From contig JAQFVV010000009.1 in NCBI GenBank assembly GCA_028023455.1, positions 5,642,001 through 5,706,000 on the forward strand: a stretch of DNA of 64,000 nucleotides. Direction: 5' to 3'. Source of the DNA: Epiperipatus broadwayi. Lineage: Eukaryota; Animalia; Onychophora. Shown here piece by piece: positions 25,701 through 39,207 of this stretch. The notes under the pieces were generated by a model. It worked only from the letters and a program-made list of their open reading frames with translations. It was not told the origin of the DNA and made no database searches. The position numbers and the translations under genes are program-made. How positions within the stretch are numbered: position 1 is the first letter of the stretch; every line of letters starts with the position of its first letter.

Positions 25701-27073
25701 TCTGCTATTGTGCCATTACACTGAACACACATGGCATTAATTAATTATAAGTATAGCTGATGCTTTCGTAAATATATAAAATATTTTATACACAACTGTG
25801 CATATATAATAAATGTACACACACAGTATATATATGTTTGTATGTAAATAAATAAAAATGTAATCAAATTGAATTTCTTATTTATGAGATTTGCTCATTT
25901 TAAAGATTTAAAATATCAAAATGAATTTTGCATTTTTTATTGTTTCAACTAATAATGCCTTTATTAATTTAATCTTTTAAAGTGCTTTGCCTAAAGTTTA
26001 TATGATATGATCTTGTCAAGTAATGTTCAATTATTATGATTAATGATTAGCATTCTAAATGCATACATTAAAACAACTTCATCAGAATTATTTCTTAATT
26101 CATATCATTTGTTTTCTTTATTAATTAAATTACGATTATTTTGAATTTAAAGTTTAATTGCTTTATGCTATCAAATTGTCTTTAACAAAAAAAGTATGAT
26201 TTATTATTAAATAAGTATATGAGAGTTGAGCAGGATGAGGTAACTAAGCAACAAGGAAGAGATAACATTGGGTCTTCATTAATGATGGTGTGATATTGAT
26301 TGCCACCCCCTTCATTAAATAAATACAGCATATTTAAAAAGGTGTTGTTTTTTATAGAATTATGCATTGATTGGATAGCAGAAAGTGGTATTAAATCATT
26401 TATTTAGAATCATCTCACTAAATTTACTTAGAAGTCAGTGCAATCTAGTACTCTCTGGATTTACACACTTCATCCTTACTCTAGGTTTCTTTTGACTGAA
26501 TTCATTTTAATGTGTTAACTTTTCTTTTCTACATGTAAATATATTATATTTGATGAATGTATAATGCATGAATAAAATACATACATCAAAACTATCTAGA
26601 ATTTAAATTAGCTGATGCAGTTTCGATATGAATGTAAGAAAAAATATTAAATAATTTTGTTTAATGATATATTTTAAATTGTTGTATTACCTATATATAA
26701 AATATTTCATATCACTCTTTCCAAATCACTTTTTTTTTTATTTGTATATTTTTAAAAAATATATATCATGAATTATAGTTGAATAGAAAATAAAAACAAA
26801 TTAGGAAATAAATTATATAAACATATAATTAAAAACAAACTAAAGTCATATCTTTTAATATTAATATTTGTCTGAACCACTTTAAACAAGTGGATTTAGT
26901 TTGTGCTAATAATATTTTTGTATTTATATATATACAGGTTGTTTATTTGTTATTTAAATTTTGTTTTTCAAAGCATTTATTTATTTACTTTTTATTTTTG
27001 TAATATTAATTTTTTTGATCTTTAGGCTTAAGTTCTAGGGAAAGGAGGAAATCATAATCAATATAGTTGGTAT

Positions 27074-27178
27074 TATAGTGATAATATTGGCCATGCCAAA
27101 ACATTACATTATTATATTTCCAAAAATACAATGTAAGATATTTATTTTAGTAATTATCCCTTTTCTTACAAATAAATA
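27074..27178 (+). repeat. LTR-start segment shared with 36621-36720
   Basis: tatagtgataatattggcca...ttttcttacaaat is near-identical at both places. Confidence 0.8.
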
Positions 27179-27179
27179 T

Positions 27180-28594
27180 TGTAATGGTCAGAATTTGTAT
27201 GCCTTGTTAATTAGTTTCACAATTCAACCATTACATTCGAAGAGCAGCACAACAGGTGGGTTAAGGTGCTGTGTTTGAACCTAGTAAATCGATTCCACAA
27301 CATACAATGATGGGACAACACCCCTGCCATCACACTAGTAAACATCTTTTAGGCTCAGGGTTCAGGGAGATGCAAGGGATTCTTACTAACTAAATCTAAG
27401 GTTATTATTATTACTTTACTAATGTGTAGCCTTTATGCATTAACTTCTTATTGAGGTGAGATACTATGGCTATAAGGCATTAAAGAGCAGACATATGGAC
27501 TCAGACATAATTAAAACATTATATATTTAATGTCATAAATAAGATTAGGCTACATATTTTGAGGTCGTTAACCTCCGAGACTCCTAATATGATGTGAAAT
27601 CTTATATTTGTATTTCATTAATTATTTGATCCGATCCTTTTGGGTATTAACGACCTAAGAGTTATTTCATGCCTAAACTATTAATCATATTAGTCAGAAT
27701 ATGAGATAAAAATAGTTTATACAGTTTGTGGTGACGAATCTGCACGCCTTAGCAACAAAACATACGCTTAAAGTTTTATCTGTATAATTATTTCTAGGGA
27801 CCTGATATTGGAGAGCAGTTAACATGAAATACTTGGGAAAGGTAATCATAAGGATACAACAAAATATAATAGAGTAAACGAGATGTGGTATGCATAGAGA
27901 TGCCATGTAATAATTGAAGAGTAAACTGTAAAACAGTGAAGCCATATGAGGAAATATAAAACTTCAGGGTGGACTTTGTGCCTGGCACCGCCTGTAAACA
28001 GTCATATAAGCAGGTTCGGGTGTAAGGGACTTTTCCTGCTGTTACTTCCCGACCGCATGATGAGCTTAACTACCCATGGGAGCACCTCTAAATATTCCCT
28101 ACAGTATAGGAGTGGAAAGATACATTTATATCTATGTATCCGGTAATTTCCATGGCTTAAAAGGGAACATGGCATATTGCTGGCAGAACATAGTTAGATT
28201 TATTTTACATTTGCTTAAAAATGAGATGATTCACTTCCGAGACCCACATTTATTAGTTATTTTACTTAAAAGCCCTCGAATAACATGATTACTGGTTTAT
28301 TAGCGTAAATAAATTAATGTCAACCAACAAATTGATTATTTAATAATAAGGATGGATAATTCCCAAGCTGGCTGCTTATTAGTGCAAAATGAGGTTATCA
28401 TTATTATATTATTTTGATGATTTCGCTCATTATGGTGACGATTATTAATTATAACATTTAGTAAAACTAGTGAGCCAGGTCGGAAATTATTTAAACATGA
28501 AATCATATACATAGACAAATAAATGATAATAAAATAGCTACCCAAGGTGCAAGAGAAATGATCAGAGATGTTAATTTACATTTAAATAGTTACA
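27180..28594 (+). mobile_element. Probable solo LTR-like sequence
   Basis: Starts TGTAATGGTCAG like 47623 and shares aaactattaatcat with 48376. More GC- and CpG-rich than flanks; TTACA ends at 28580 and 28594. No TSD found. Confidence 0.35.
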
Positions 28595-29939
28595 GAGTTT
28601 TAATATATTTTAATTATCAATAAACAAAACTTTAATAGATTTTTACATAAGTAGGAGAAATTATAAATAAAGAAAATAAGGAGTGAAAATTTTTAAAGAT
28701 TTTGGGTACTGGTTACCTTTTGAAATCAGATGAACTTTATCCTTCATGTTCCATTTATTTATCAGCAGCAGTTTTCTTTGGTGGCTTATTTTAAGATTTT
28801 GGTTGATGGCAGCATCTTAATCAGGCAGCAGCATATAGATTTTATTAAGTATTAACAGTTCATTTTAGAGCAAGTGGGAAGTTTAGCACACATCGACCAT
28901 TCCTCAGAAGAGAATAGCGCATGCCTTACTCCTCAGTCATGACAATATAATACAGCATAATGATTTACTTTTAACAACTAAAATGATATAAATATCACAG
29001 ACCAAAATTTACAACGAGTAAGCCAGAGGTCAGCTTTATAATGATCCAAACAAGTACACTTTTAAATCACAGCACAGGAATGCACTTACAAATATATAAT
29101 AAAAATTCAGTCATTTCCCCCTTAAAATAAGAACACCTCCTTCCTTATACTTTTTCTTTCTCTTATTTCCTAGCTTGCAGATCCATCTGACATGACATAG
29201 TCAGAGTCTTTCAGGTCAGCTAATGCAATACCTCCAGGTAAATTGATGCATTAGCAGCACATGTTACATTTGTATTTTCAATCCGACTGAATCCATTTTG
29301 TACTTTATTTTTGATTTATTACTCATGACCTGATTACAAAGCAGATTTTACCTTTTTAAAACTAATTAAAAAAAAACTTTTAGGAATATTTCTCAGTGTT
29401 CTATTGTCTCTCCCCACCCACTATGACTTTGCAATTTGAATTAAACAGGAGGATTTCTATTTTTGTACATTTATATGTTTATAAGTTGTAAACAGATTTT
29501 TAAGTTTTATAAATGAAAAATATTATAAATATAAATTTACCTAAATAAATGTTTATGTGATGGAATTTTAATATTATGAATTTAATAAATCATTTAAATT
29601 ACATTATTTAATTTAATATTTACCTGATATTGGAGTGTGCGTATATTTATGGCATATTTAACAAATGTTTACATATATACCTAATATTGTTATTATGCAC
29701 ACAATCCAATATTCTAATGCTTAAATTTAGGTGGGATGTAGTAGTGGGTAAAAAATGATAGAACAAATGGAACTGAGGTGAAACTAAGATTCGAACTCGA
29801 ATCTTACTGTTTCAATATAATAAATTTATTATTGCAAAATGAAAGGATGAATGGTCACACTAATCCATTGAATAAGAAATTAAGTAGAAATAATTTTAAA
29901 GTAGTTTATTAAAAAAGGTAAATATTGTAGTTAAATGTT

Positions 29940-30125
29940 TTCCTGAAGATTTGTGATGATGGTGTTCTAGTTGTATTTTTATATTGGACTATTTCCATCA
30001 TCTGATATGAGTACTGAATGTCTTTAGAAAAATTTAACTTTATTTAAATGTTCCAAATACATTCAAAAAAAACAGTCTAGGGTTGGGGATATTCTGAAAA
30101 GCTTGTTAAGAGCTGTTGGCAAGCT
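29940..30125 (+). repeat. Dispersed repeat, also at ~45975-46320 (+) and ~49615-49672 (-)
   Basis: Shared ctgaagattt..gatgatg..ttggactatttcca(t/c)catct and ctgaaaagc..ttaagagct. Family not identified. Confidence 0.55.
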
Positions 30126-30134
30126 CATTAGATA

Positions 30135-30420
30135 AATTTGTTATGGAGATATTCTCAAAAGATTTATGAAGAGACATTTAAAACATTGGTATGTAAATTA
30201 AGTGAAAGAAATATTGTAATGAAATAAATAAAAAAATTCTCATTCTTCATTTTCTCTCTCTCCCCTGCTCTTCTTTGAAGTAAGAATGAAAGCAAAAATG
30301 AAATTTGCTATTAAATAAATTTTTTTGATAAGCAAAAGGTTGAAATTATTTTTATAATTTATTAAAAATAATAGAAGATTTGTTGTACCACAGTTTTTAC
30401 ATAGAAATGAAGTGCTTCAA
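30135..30420 (+). repeat. Segment duplicated at 36725-36960
   Basis: atggagatatt..caaaagatttatgaagag..through..gatttgttgtac.acagttttt..gaagtgc. Confidence 0.85.
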
Positions 30421-31289
30421 TCCTAGTGCAATTGTATTATCTAGATTTCTCCTCAACTACTTTTCAAATACTATTAGCAAATGGAACTTCGAAAATGAAT
30501 CTCTAAAGAAGAATAAGGATATGAATGCCTTCAATAAATATTTTTAATGTATTACTTCAAAATATTGAAGAGAAGAAAAGTTTTTTTTTTTTAAGCTCAC
30601 TGTAGTTTTTAAGTTATAAATTTTAATGTTTTGCTATTGTTGCATAATTTATGAATATTCTGAAAAGAATAGATATTCTTGAACTTTTAAAGCAGTATTA
30701 GAGAATGGAAAATTATTTTCAAACTTATTTAAAATAATATTAATTTTTTATTCATTAATGAATGATAGAAATATGTTATTGGGACTTACGTCATTTAAAA
30801 GAGAAACTGTATAATATTCTAATAATGAAATATTTAGAACTATTTCTAGAAAAGCTATGGAAATAATTGAAACTAAAGTATTTTGTAATGAAATGTTATT
30901 ACATAAAAGTTAAAATAAAAAAAGATATTCAAACTTATTATTGTAGTCTTTCCTCACTTATTAATTTGTTTTATTTTCCTCATTAATAAATTATTCTTTA
31001 TTTATAAAATTTATCAATGATTATTTTATACACACATTACAGTATTAATGAAATAAAAACACATTCAAGTCTATTAAGTTAGCATACTGCTAAACTATTC
31101 TAGCTTATATATAACATTTGTGAATAAAATAAAGCCATAAATATTACACTCATGATCCATAGAATAAAACACCCCATAGCTGTGAGAATCTGATTTCCCT
31201 GTTGTTATGACTGGAGTGTATAATACTTAAGTACTTAAATATTTAGAGGAAGAATGAATTCTAGATAAATAAGTGCTATTATTATTATT

Positions 31290-34200
31290 TTGTTTGTATA
31301 AAAAACCCTCCTACCCTAACAGCCATGATCCAAACCAGTCTAGTCAAAGGAGACCCTTTGATTCCTCTTGGAGGCCTAAAAGGAATCGAGCAGGGCAAAT
31401 TCCTAATGTCCACTCCATACGTTCTTGTCATTGCAGCTGTTATTATTATGTGATTATTCATATAGTATATGAACATGGATAGGATGCTCACCAACACGCA
31501 TTCGCCAGCATGATGAGTTTATTGGTTTTTTACCTCCGAGTTTAAGAATATTTTTCCAATATATACAATCATGACAGACAAAAATAAATCATGGACCTTA
31601 TTCCCAGGAGGCTGTAAAGTCAGCAACCAAGGCAGCGATTGGTGGCTGAAGGTGGAGGGTGCTAAGAATCCCCTGATTGCGGACTCAGGCTGCATTTGAT
31701 GACGACTTTTTATTTAGGTACTTACAACTGCAGATCACTTTCAAGTGAAAGAAGATTGCAAGAGTTAGAAGAACTGTCTTATATTAAATGGGACATTATT
31801 GGACTTTGTGAAGTTAGAAGAAAAGGTGAAGAAACAATTGATTTAAAAAGTGGACATGTACTCTACTATAAAGGCACAAATATTGGAAATACAAGTGGAG
31901 TAGGATTCATTATAAATAAAAAATGGAAGAATAACATTGTGGAGATTGATGGTGTATTGGACAGAGTGGCAGATTAGTTTTACAAATTAATAGCAGATAC
32001 CAAATGCAGATAATTCAGGTTTATGCCCCAACAAGTTCTCATAGTGATGAAGTAGTAGAAGGTTTTTATATGGATGTGCAAAAAGCTTTTGATCAGAGTA
32101 AACAACATTTTAAAATTGTTATGAGAGACTTTAATGCTAGAATTGGTAAACAAATAAAAGAACTGTAGGTAATTTTGGTTATGGTAATAGAAATGAGAGA
32201 GGACATAGACTTGTGGAGTTTGCAGAAAAAGAAAAACTTTATATTATGAATTCTTTTTTTGAGAAAAATGTTAAAAAGAAATGGACATGGAAGCATCCAA
32301 ATGAAGGTACAGCAGAATTGGATTATATTTTGACTAACAGAAAATACATATTTCAAGATTGTAATGTTCTTCATAAATTTAACACAAGAAGTGATCATCG
32401 ATTAGTAAGATGTAAGATACATGTTAATGTAAAACTAGAGAGACAAAAATTATTAAGAAAAACAATATTTACAGTTGATATTCCTAGTCTTCAGAAGCAT
32501 CCTAATGAATTTAAATTAGAACTTACAAATCAGTTTCAAGTATTAGTAGATTTTGAACATGATTCAGATTTGAATGAAATTAATAGGAAAATAACTGATA
32601 CACTTTTAAAAGCAGCAATTGACCAATAAAATTTCTTCTGAGACTAGAGAATTTATGAAGAAAAGAAGGAATATGAGGATATACAAGAATGATGCATTAA
32701 AAAAGATTGAATATCTCGAATTTTGTAAAATGGTGCGGAAAAGAGTTGAAAATGATATAAGAAAGTATAACTGTGAACTAGCAAGGAAAGCTGTAGAAGA
32801 GAATAAAAGTCTAAAGAGTGTAAAACAACATTTTGGTATTGGTATGAAATTTATATCTGCAATAAGAAAAAAGGTGGCATTACTACTAAAAAGAGAGATG
32901 ACATCATGAAATGTGTAGAAGACTTCTATCAAGAATTATATAGTAATAAAGAACAAGTACCTCCTACATCTATTATATCTTCTGAATTGCCCAGAATTTT
33001 GAATGAGGAAGTGAGACATGCAATTAAATTTATGAAGAAAGGGAAGGCTGTAATGATAGAATTATAATTGATATATTAAAAGAAGCAGGTGAAGAAACAG
33101 AAATTTTTTTAGCAAAGTTATATACCAAATGTCTAAATGATAAAGATGTACCAGATGATTGGAAGAATGCAGTATTAATATTAATATTTTTAAAAGGTGA
33201 TAAAGAAGATATTAGAAATTACAGACCTATCAGTCTTTTATCAGTTTTATACAAAATTTTTACTAAGATAATTACAACTCATCTACAGAGAACACTGAAC
33301 TTCCACCAACCAAGAGAACAAGCTGGATTTAAAAGTGGTTTTAGTACAGTAGATCATATCCAGGTATTGAGAGAAGTTATAGAAAGGACAAATGAATATG
33401 AGTTGCCATTATGTTTTGGATTTGTAGATTATGAAAAGGCATTTGATTCTATAAACATTTCTTCAGTGATTAAAGCATTGGATCATCAAGGTATAGATCC
33501 AGGATATTGTCATATTTTAAAGAATATTTATAAAAATGCAACAGCAACAATTAGATTACATAATGATACTAGGAAAGTCAACATTGAGAAGGGTGTAAGA
33601 CAGGGTGACTCCATATCTCCAAAACTTTTTACAGCAGTGCTGCAAGAAGTATTTTGTGGATTAAAATGGGAAACTAAAGGAGTGAAAGTAAATGGAGATT
33701 ATTTAAGTCATTTAGATTTTACAGATGATGTAGTTGTTTTTGCAAATAATGCTTCAGAGCTGCAGGAAATGTTGCAGGAGTTATCAGATGAAAGTAGGAA
33801 AGTAGGACTAAAGATAAATGTTAAAAAGACTAAAGTAATGTTTAATCAGATCGGAAGAGCAAAATATGAAAATAAAGATTGATTATGATGAATTAGAAGA
33901 AGTTAACAGTTACAAATACCTTGGTCAGATTATTAATATAGATGAAAACACAATGGATGAAATTAATCATAGAATTAAACTTGGTTGGAGTGCTTTTGGT
34001 AGAAATAATTTGATACTAAAAGGAAATATACCTATGTGTTTAAAAAGGAAGGTTTTTAATAAATGTGTTTTGCCAGTTCTTACTTATGGATCTGAGACTT
34101 GGACACTTAATAGAAGAGCAATACAGAGATTTCAGACCACTCAAAAAAGTATGGAGAGATGCATGTTGGGACTAACAAGAAGAGATCGAAAATGCATTGT

Positions 34201-34500
34201 ATGGGTAAGAGAACAAATAGGTGTTACTGACCTCATTGAAAAAATTAAAAGACTGGAGTTGGGCTGGATATATTGCTAGAAAAGATGATAATAGATGGAC
34301 AACTGAAATTTTAAACTGGATTTCAAGAGATTGTAAAAGACCCAGAAAGAGACCACATGTGAGATGGATGGATGAAATAAGAAAGTGTACAGGGGTGATG
34401 TGGAGAAGCGAAGCTAAAGATCGGAAAAGATGGATTGAACTTGGAGAGACCTTCATCCTGCAGTGGTTTGATAATGTTTGATGATCATTATTATTATTAT
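31290..34500 (+). mobile_element. Near full-length RTE-clade LINE, inactivated
   Basis: 5' UTR, then a single disrupted ORF from 31696: endonuclease (LGTYNCRSLS, IIGLCEVRR, LDYIL..DHRLV), RT (FVDYEKAFDS, GVRQGDSISPKLF, LDFTDD), RTE C-terminus (LTYGSETW, WSWAGYIAR), then GAT/ATT-type tail. Many stops and frameshifts. Confidence 0.95.
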
Positions 34501-34679
34501 TGTCTTCTCTTCTTCATCATCATCACCATCTTCATCATCATCATAATCCAGCATTTATTATCATTACATAAATTGTGCACAATGTGGTGGCATCAAACAT
34601 TAACAGTATTGAAAGTTTTGAATGTTTTATTTTGAAAAAATGAAAATTAATGTTACCTCAGTTAAGAAAGAAAAACAGT

Positions 34680-36100
34680 GAACAACAAATAAGCATGGAG
34701 TCACTGGATATTGAAAAAAGGTCACCCAATGGAGGCTGAAATGGTGATAGAAGAGGAAATCTCAGATGTGCAAATACCTGAGGAGCAGAAACCAATAGCA
34801 GCTGTATTTACATCGGAAGCACTTGTAGCATTAATAAAAGAAGATAATGAAAGAAAGAGATTAACAAATGAAAGAAAAAATTCTAAAGTGCTAGCCACAA
34901 TAAATAAAAATCAAGAACAAATGAAAGAAGAAATAATTGAAAGAGGGAAATGCTAAAATGTTAGCAGCAATAAATAAAACTCAAGAACAAATGAAAGAAG
35001 ATAATGATATAAGAGATCAACAAATGAAAGAAGTTACTGATAGAAGAGATAAACAGATGCTAACAGCAATGATTAGAAACCAAGAAGAAATGAAAGAATC
35101 TTCTTTTCAAATCAAAGAAGAAATGAAAGGGAAATTACCAAGAGTAGAAAATAGCATATTCACTTTGAAAGAAGAGATGACAAAACGAATGGATACAAGT
35201 CCAAGAAAATATGGAGCTCATAGAAAAAAGGTTGTTGGTAGGTGTCAAGAAGATGGTACATGAAACTGTTAGCTACTAAGATCATTTGCAAGAAACAGTT
35301 TTAAGCCTGGAAGAATGATTACAGAGACTGGAGGTGATCTGTGAATAAAAGATAAGGACCTTTCCAAAAGATGATTCTCCATTAGAAGAGATGGTTGTCA
35401 CTATAAATGATCTAAAAGCAGAATACAATAACTTGAAAGAGATTGTGCAACAACATAAAGAAGAAAGTCAAAGTTATACTAAAGATATAATGGTACAAGG
35501 AAAGGAAAAGAATACAGTTGTTAAAAGCCAATATGGATGCAGTAAAAATCTAAAAAAGTATCAATCAATTCCTGAAAATTGAAACGTTTAGAGGTGATGT
35601 AGAAGAAAAACTAATAGAACATTTAAATAGCTTAGAGCGCTACTTTGAATTGAATCTGTTAATTAAGAAAGAACAAGTAGCCATTGTATACAATAATCTA
35701 AATGGACCGGCTAAGGAATGGGGGGAATTCATTAATAAGCAAACTGAATACTTATCCGGAGTACAAAAAGCAAATTTTAAGTAACTTCTGGTCTGAAGAA
35801 AGGGAGGAAGCAATATAGTACCATATTGTGCAAGAAAAATTTTGAATCAAAGGGCGTGAAACATACAATTCTTTAGAAGACAGATTGTCAGATTTGTGAA
35901 CATTATTTACATGTGAGATTACTGAAAATCAAATAATTAGGATCATATGACACAACTTATCTTTCAGGATTGAGCAAATGGTTATTAATACTGACAGAAA
36001 AACTGTGGAAGAAATAGCAGATTTTTTAAATGTTGTAGATATGAGTTACCATAAGCAGAATGAAGAAAGAAAAATTCCTATCGTAGCCAAACCACCATTA
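34680..36100 (+). pseudogene. Ty3/Gypsy-type Gag pseudogene (coiled-coil N-terminus plus retrotransposon gag domain)
   Basis: Repeated LA(T/A)INK(N/T)QEQMKE units, then HLNSLERYFELN..VYNNLNGPAKEW..YPEYKKQILSNFWSEE; multiple stops. No RT or integrase downstream. Confidence 0.7.
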
Positions 36101-36606
36101 GAAAACAGATACATCTATTGGTAGAATGAAGATTGATTATAATACAAGATACCAATCATATAGAAATCAACAGAGGAATAAAAGAAATTATGAAGATGAT
36201 AGAAGACTGAAGTGAAATTGCACCCAAGAAGTCAGTCTGAAACACAACCAAAAATTCTTCAAAAGCAATTATCACTTTTATCTTCCATTCAAGGTGCAAG
36301 TAAGACACCTACAAAAAAAAAACTGAAGACAATTGGAAAGAAGCAGAAGTAGACAGAAAAGAGAGGGAATTTCATGTCAACAAAAAGCAACTATTGTACT
36401 AAGATTCAAGATGAGGAGAAAACCAAAGTAAAATTAATCATGGTTCACTCACTGATGACTCAAGATTCGTTTAAGAATTAATGATTCTGAAAAAGTTATA
36501 TTTTTGTATAATAAAGGAATTTTTTTTTTAAAACTGTCCAAGAAAGTTATTATTAAATGATAGAAGAAGAAAAGTGAAATGTTTCATAGTTCCCATCTCT
36601 CTTCTT

Positions 36607-36960
36607 GGAAAGAGGGGATGTATAGTGATAATATTGGCCATACCAACATTATATTATATTTCCAAAAATATAATGTAAGATATTTATTTTAGTAATTATT
36701 CCTTTTCTTACAAATCAATACATTAAATTTATAATGGAGATATTCCCAAAAGATTTATGAAGAGATATTTAAAGCATTGAAATGTAAATTAAGCAAAAGA
36801 AATATTCGAATGAAATAACCTTTTTCTTATTCTTTGTTTTCTCTCTCTCCCCCACTTTTCTTTTTGACAAGCAAAAAGTTGAAATTATTTTATAATTTAT
36901 TAAAAATAATGGAAAGATTTGTTGTACTACAGTTTTTATGTGGAAGAAGTGCCCTCAAAT
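36607..36960 (+). mobile_element. Polypurine tract and start of the 3' LTR of the Gag-only element
   Basis: ggaaagagggga (36607-36618) is immediately followed by TGTATAG. The downstream sequence recurs at 27074-27178 plus 30135-30420. Confidence 0.65.
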
Positions 36961-38597
36961 CATTTGAATTTTTTTATACATTAAATATTTGACAATATAA
37001 CAACAGTAGCTATATTGTTGCCTTACCACATGCTTTATATTGTACATACAATTTTCACAATAACTTTGGTTTGCATATGCTAAGCCTAAAATATACTTTT
37101 CATAAAGCTAACATATTTTAAAAAATAATAAAGCTGAAAAAATACTATTATCATAAAATAATAAATTTAAATATTTTTAAAGTTATTAATTTTGAATTAT
37201 ATTCATAAATTGTGAATTTTGAAATATAAGTTTTAAAAGTTTTTTTTGTTTTTGAGTATGTTAACTAAAATCTTGATAAAACTTTGATTAAAATGACATT
37301 TAATGATACTAATCACTTATATTTCATGACATTCCTTTTGTTCTAACAGCAGTTTTCTGATTTTAAGGGATAAACTTCTTTTCTTATAAAATAAATATTA
37401 GATTATATAATAATTTGTTTTCAAATGTATTAAATTATAATATTGATACATTATAATCTGAAACTGCAAATATACAATAATAACTACATTTAAGCAAGTT
37501 ATACACACATTCATATACTCTATATATGCATCATGTAAAGAGGAGAATGGATTTGAAATAATGCATTAAGAAATTTCAATATAATGTAAATAGACATTAA
37601 AAAACATATAATAATTAATATATTTTTGTTCTGAGAATATCAGTTTTTTCTAAAATGCCCAATTCATATAAATTTTCCATAGTTTCTTTTTTCTATAATT
37701 AATTTTACATAAAATAAAATAAAGAAAAAATAATAACAAAAAAAAAACTATACAATTTACACTAATGTAATCTTCACCATCTTAAAGGAAAATAGAATTC
37801 TCCATTAGATAACATTTTAAACATGCATAATATAAGTCTTTTTTATGTGTTTAAGAGAAAGACAAGATTTATTTACTTCACTTTTTTTTTTGCTTAAAGC
37901 ATAAAACATAATGGCACTAATACAGAAGTTTAATCTAAAGTGGAAAACTGTTTACTTCTAAAAACAAATTATTATTTTTAATGTATCATTTATGTATAGT
38001 TAAATCAGCACAGAAATTAGTTAGTTATCTGATAGACCAGATATCTTGTAATTCCATTTTCATAAATAATTTTCTTACCAGATCTGTAGTTACAATGTAA
38101 TTACTTTTAGTATCATTTTTTAAAGCAATAATAAGCTTTTATTATGACCTAAAATGATGAATACGAGTTATCATTTTGGTTGGTCTAAACTAAGATAAAA
38201 TGATTTCTTAATTCAGTTTAGTTAAACACTCACAGAAATGTAGGATTTGAATTTAAAATATCCCCTGAAGCATTTGTTTTCAAAAGTTTTAATTTCAATA
38301 AATTTCAAATATTTTTTAATTTAAAAAAACTGATATTTTATTAGTAACTAATAAAAGTTCTACATCATATTTTTAAAAACAAAGATCAATATGATTTATG
38401 TTGTGATATTTTTTTTGACTGTGGATGTAAAAGTTGAATATTAAAGAAATAGGATCACATGACCAGCACTTCTTATGCTTGTATATAACTTGTTAAAACA
38501 GGCAAAATTCACTATACGTATTGCCAAACACAGCAAGCTAGAGTAATCAATGGATGCCAGAAGGCTTGTGCATAAAATTCTTATCTAGTGCCTACTC

Positions 38598-38656
38598 ATC
38601 CAATATCCCCAGACTAGTTTCTGGCTTGTGGCCTTCATCAGTGAGGAGCCTTGGAT
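38598..38656 (-). ncRNA. Type I hammerhead ribozyme motif (family 1), intact copy
   Basis: atccaa-ggc-TCCTCA-CTGATGA-A-GGC-cacaa-GCC-A-GAAA-CTAGTC^TGGGGA-ta-ttggat. 6-bp stem I plus distal 6-bp stem, palindromic ACUAGU stem III, GUC triplet; predicted cut between 38612 and 38611. Confidence 0.8.
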
Positions 38657-39165
38657 CTGAGAGCCCTGCACCTAGATCTTAGAATCTAATGCAACTCGCC
38701 AGCAGCCACCTTTTATCTCCACTTAACTACAAAACTATGAGTCTTAAACTGAAAACACCTTAATGTTTTCAAACCAAGCCCATTAGCTTATATAGTCATA
38801 TGACATCCATTGATTATTTTAGCTTGCTGTGTGTGGTAATATGTATAGTGAGTTTTGCCTGTTTTAACAAGTTATACACAAGCATAAGAAGTGGTGGTCA
38901 TGTGATATTCATTGGCTTAAAAACAATCCCTCCTAATAGGATAGTGGTGGCTATGGTTATTAAAGAACCAAAGACACCAAAATGTATGGATACTGAACTG
39001 AGTTCAGACCCATATGACTATATAAGTTAATGGGCTTGGATTGAAAACATTAACGTGTTTTCAGTATAAGACTCATAGTTTTGTAGTTAAGTGGAGATAA
39101 AAGGTGGCTGCTGGCGGGTTGCATTAGATCCTAAGATCTAGGTGCAGTGCTCTCAGATCCAAGGC

Positions 39166-39207
39166 TCCTCACCGATGAAGGCCACAAGCCAGAAACTAGT
39201 CTGGGGA
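39166..39207 (+). ncRNA. Type I hammerhead motif (family 1) with a U4-to-C core change
   Basis: tcctca-CCGATGA-aggc-cacaa-gcca-GAAA-ctagtc-tgggga. Confidence 0.7.

Noticed and set aside
28869-28942. Possible terminal exon EQVGSLAHIDHSSEENSACLTPQS*
   Set aside because: No upstream exons or homology evidence.
15695-29810. Scattered B-box-like motifs (~15700, ~25680, ~29790) as tRNA genes
   Set aside because: No cloverleaf; at most decayed SINE heads, too weak to delimit.
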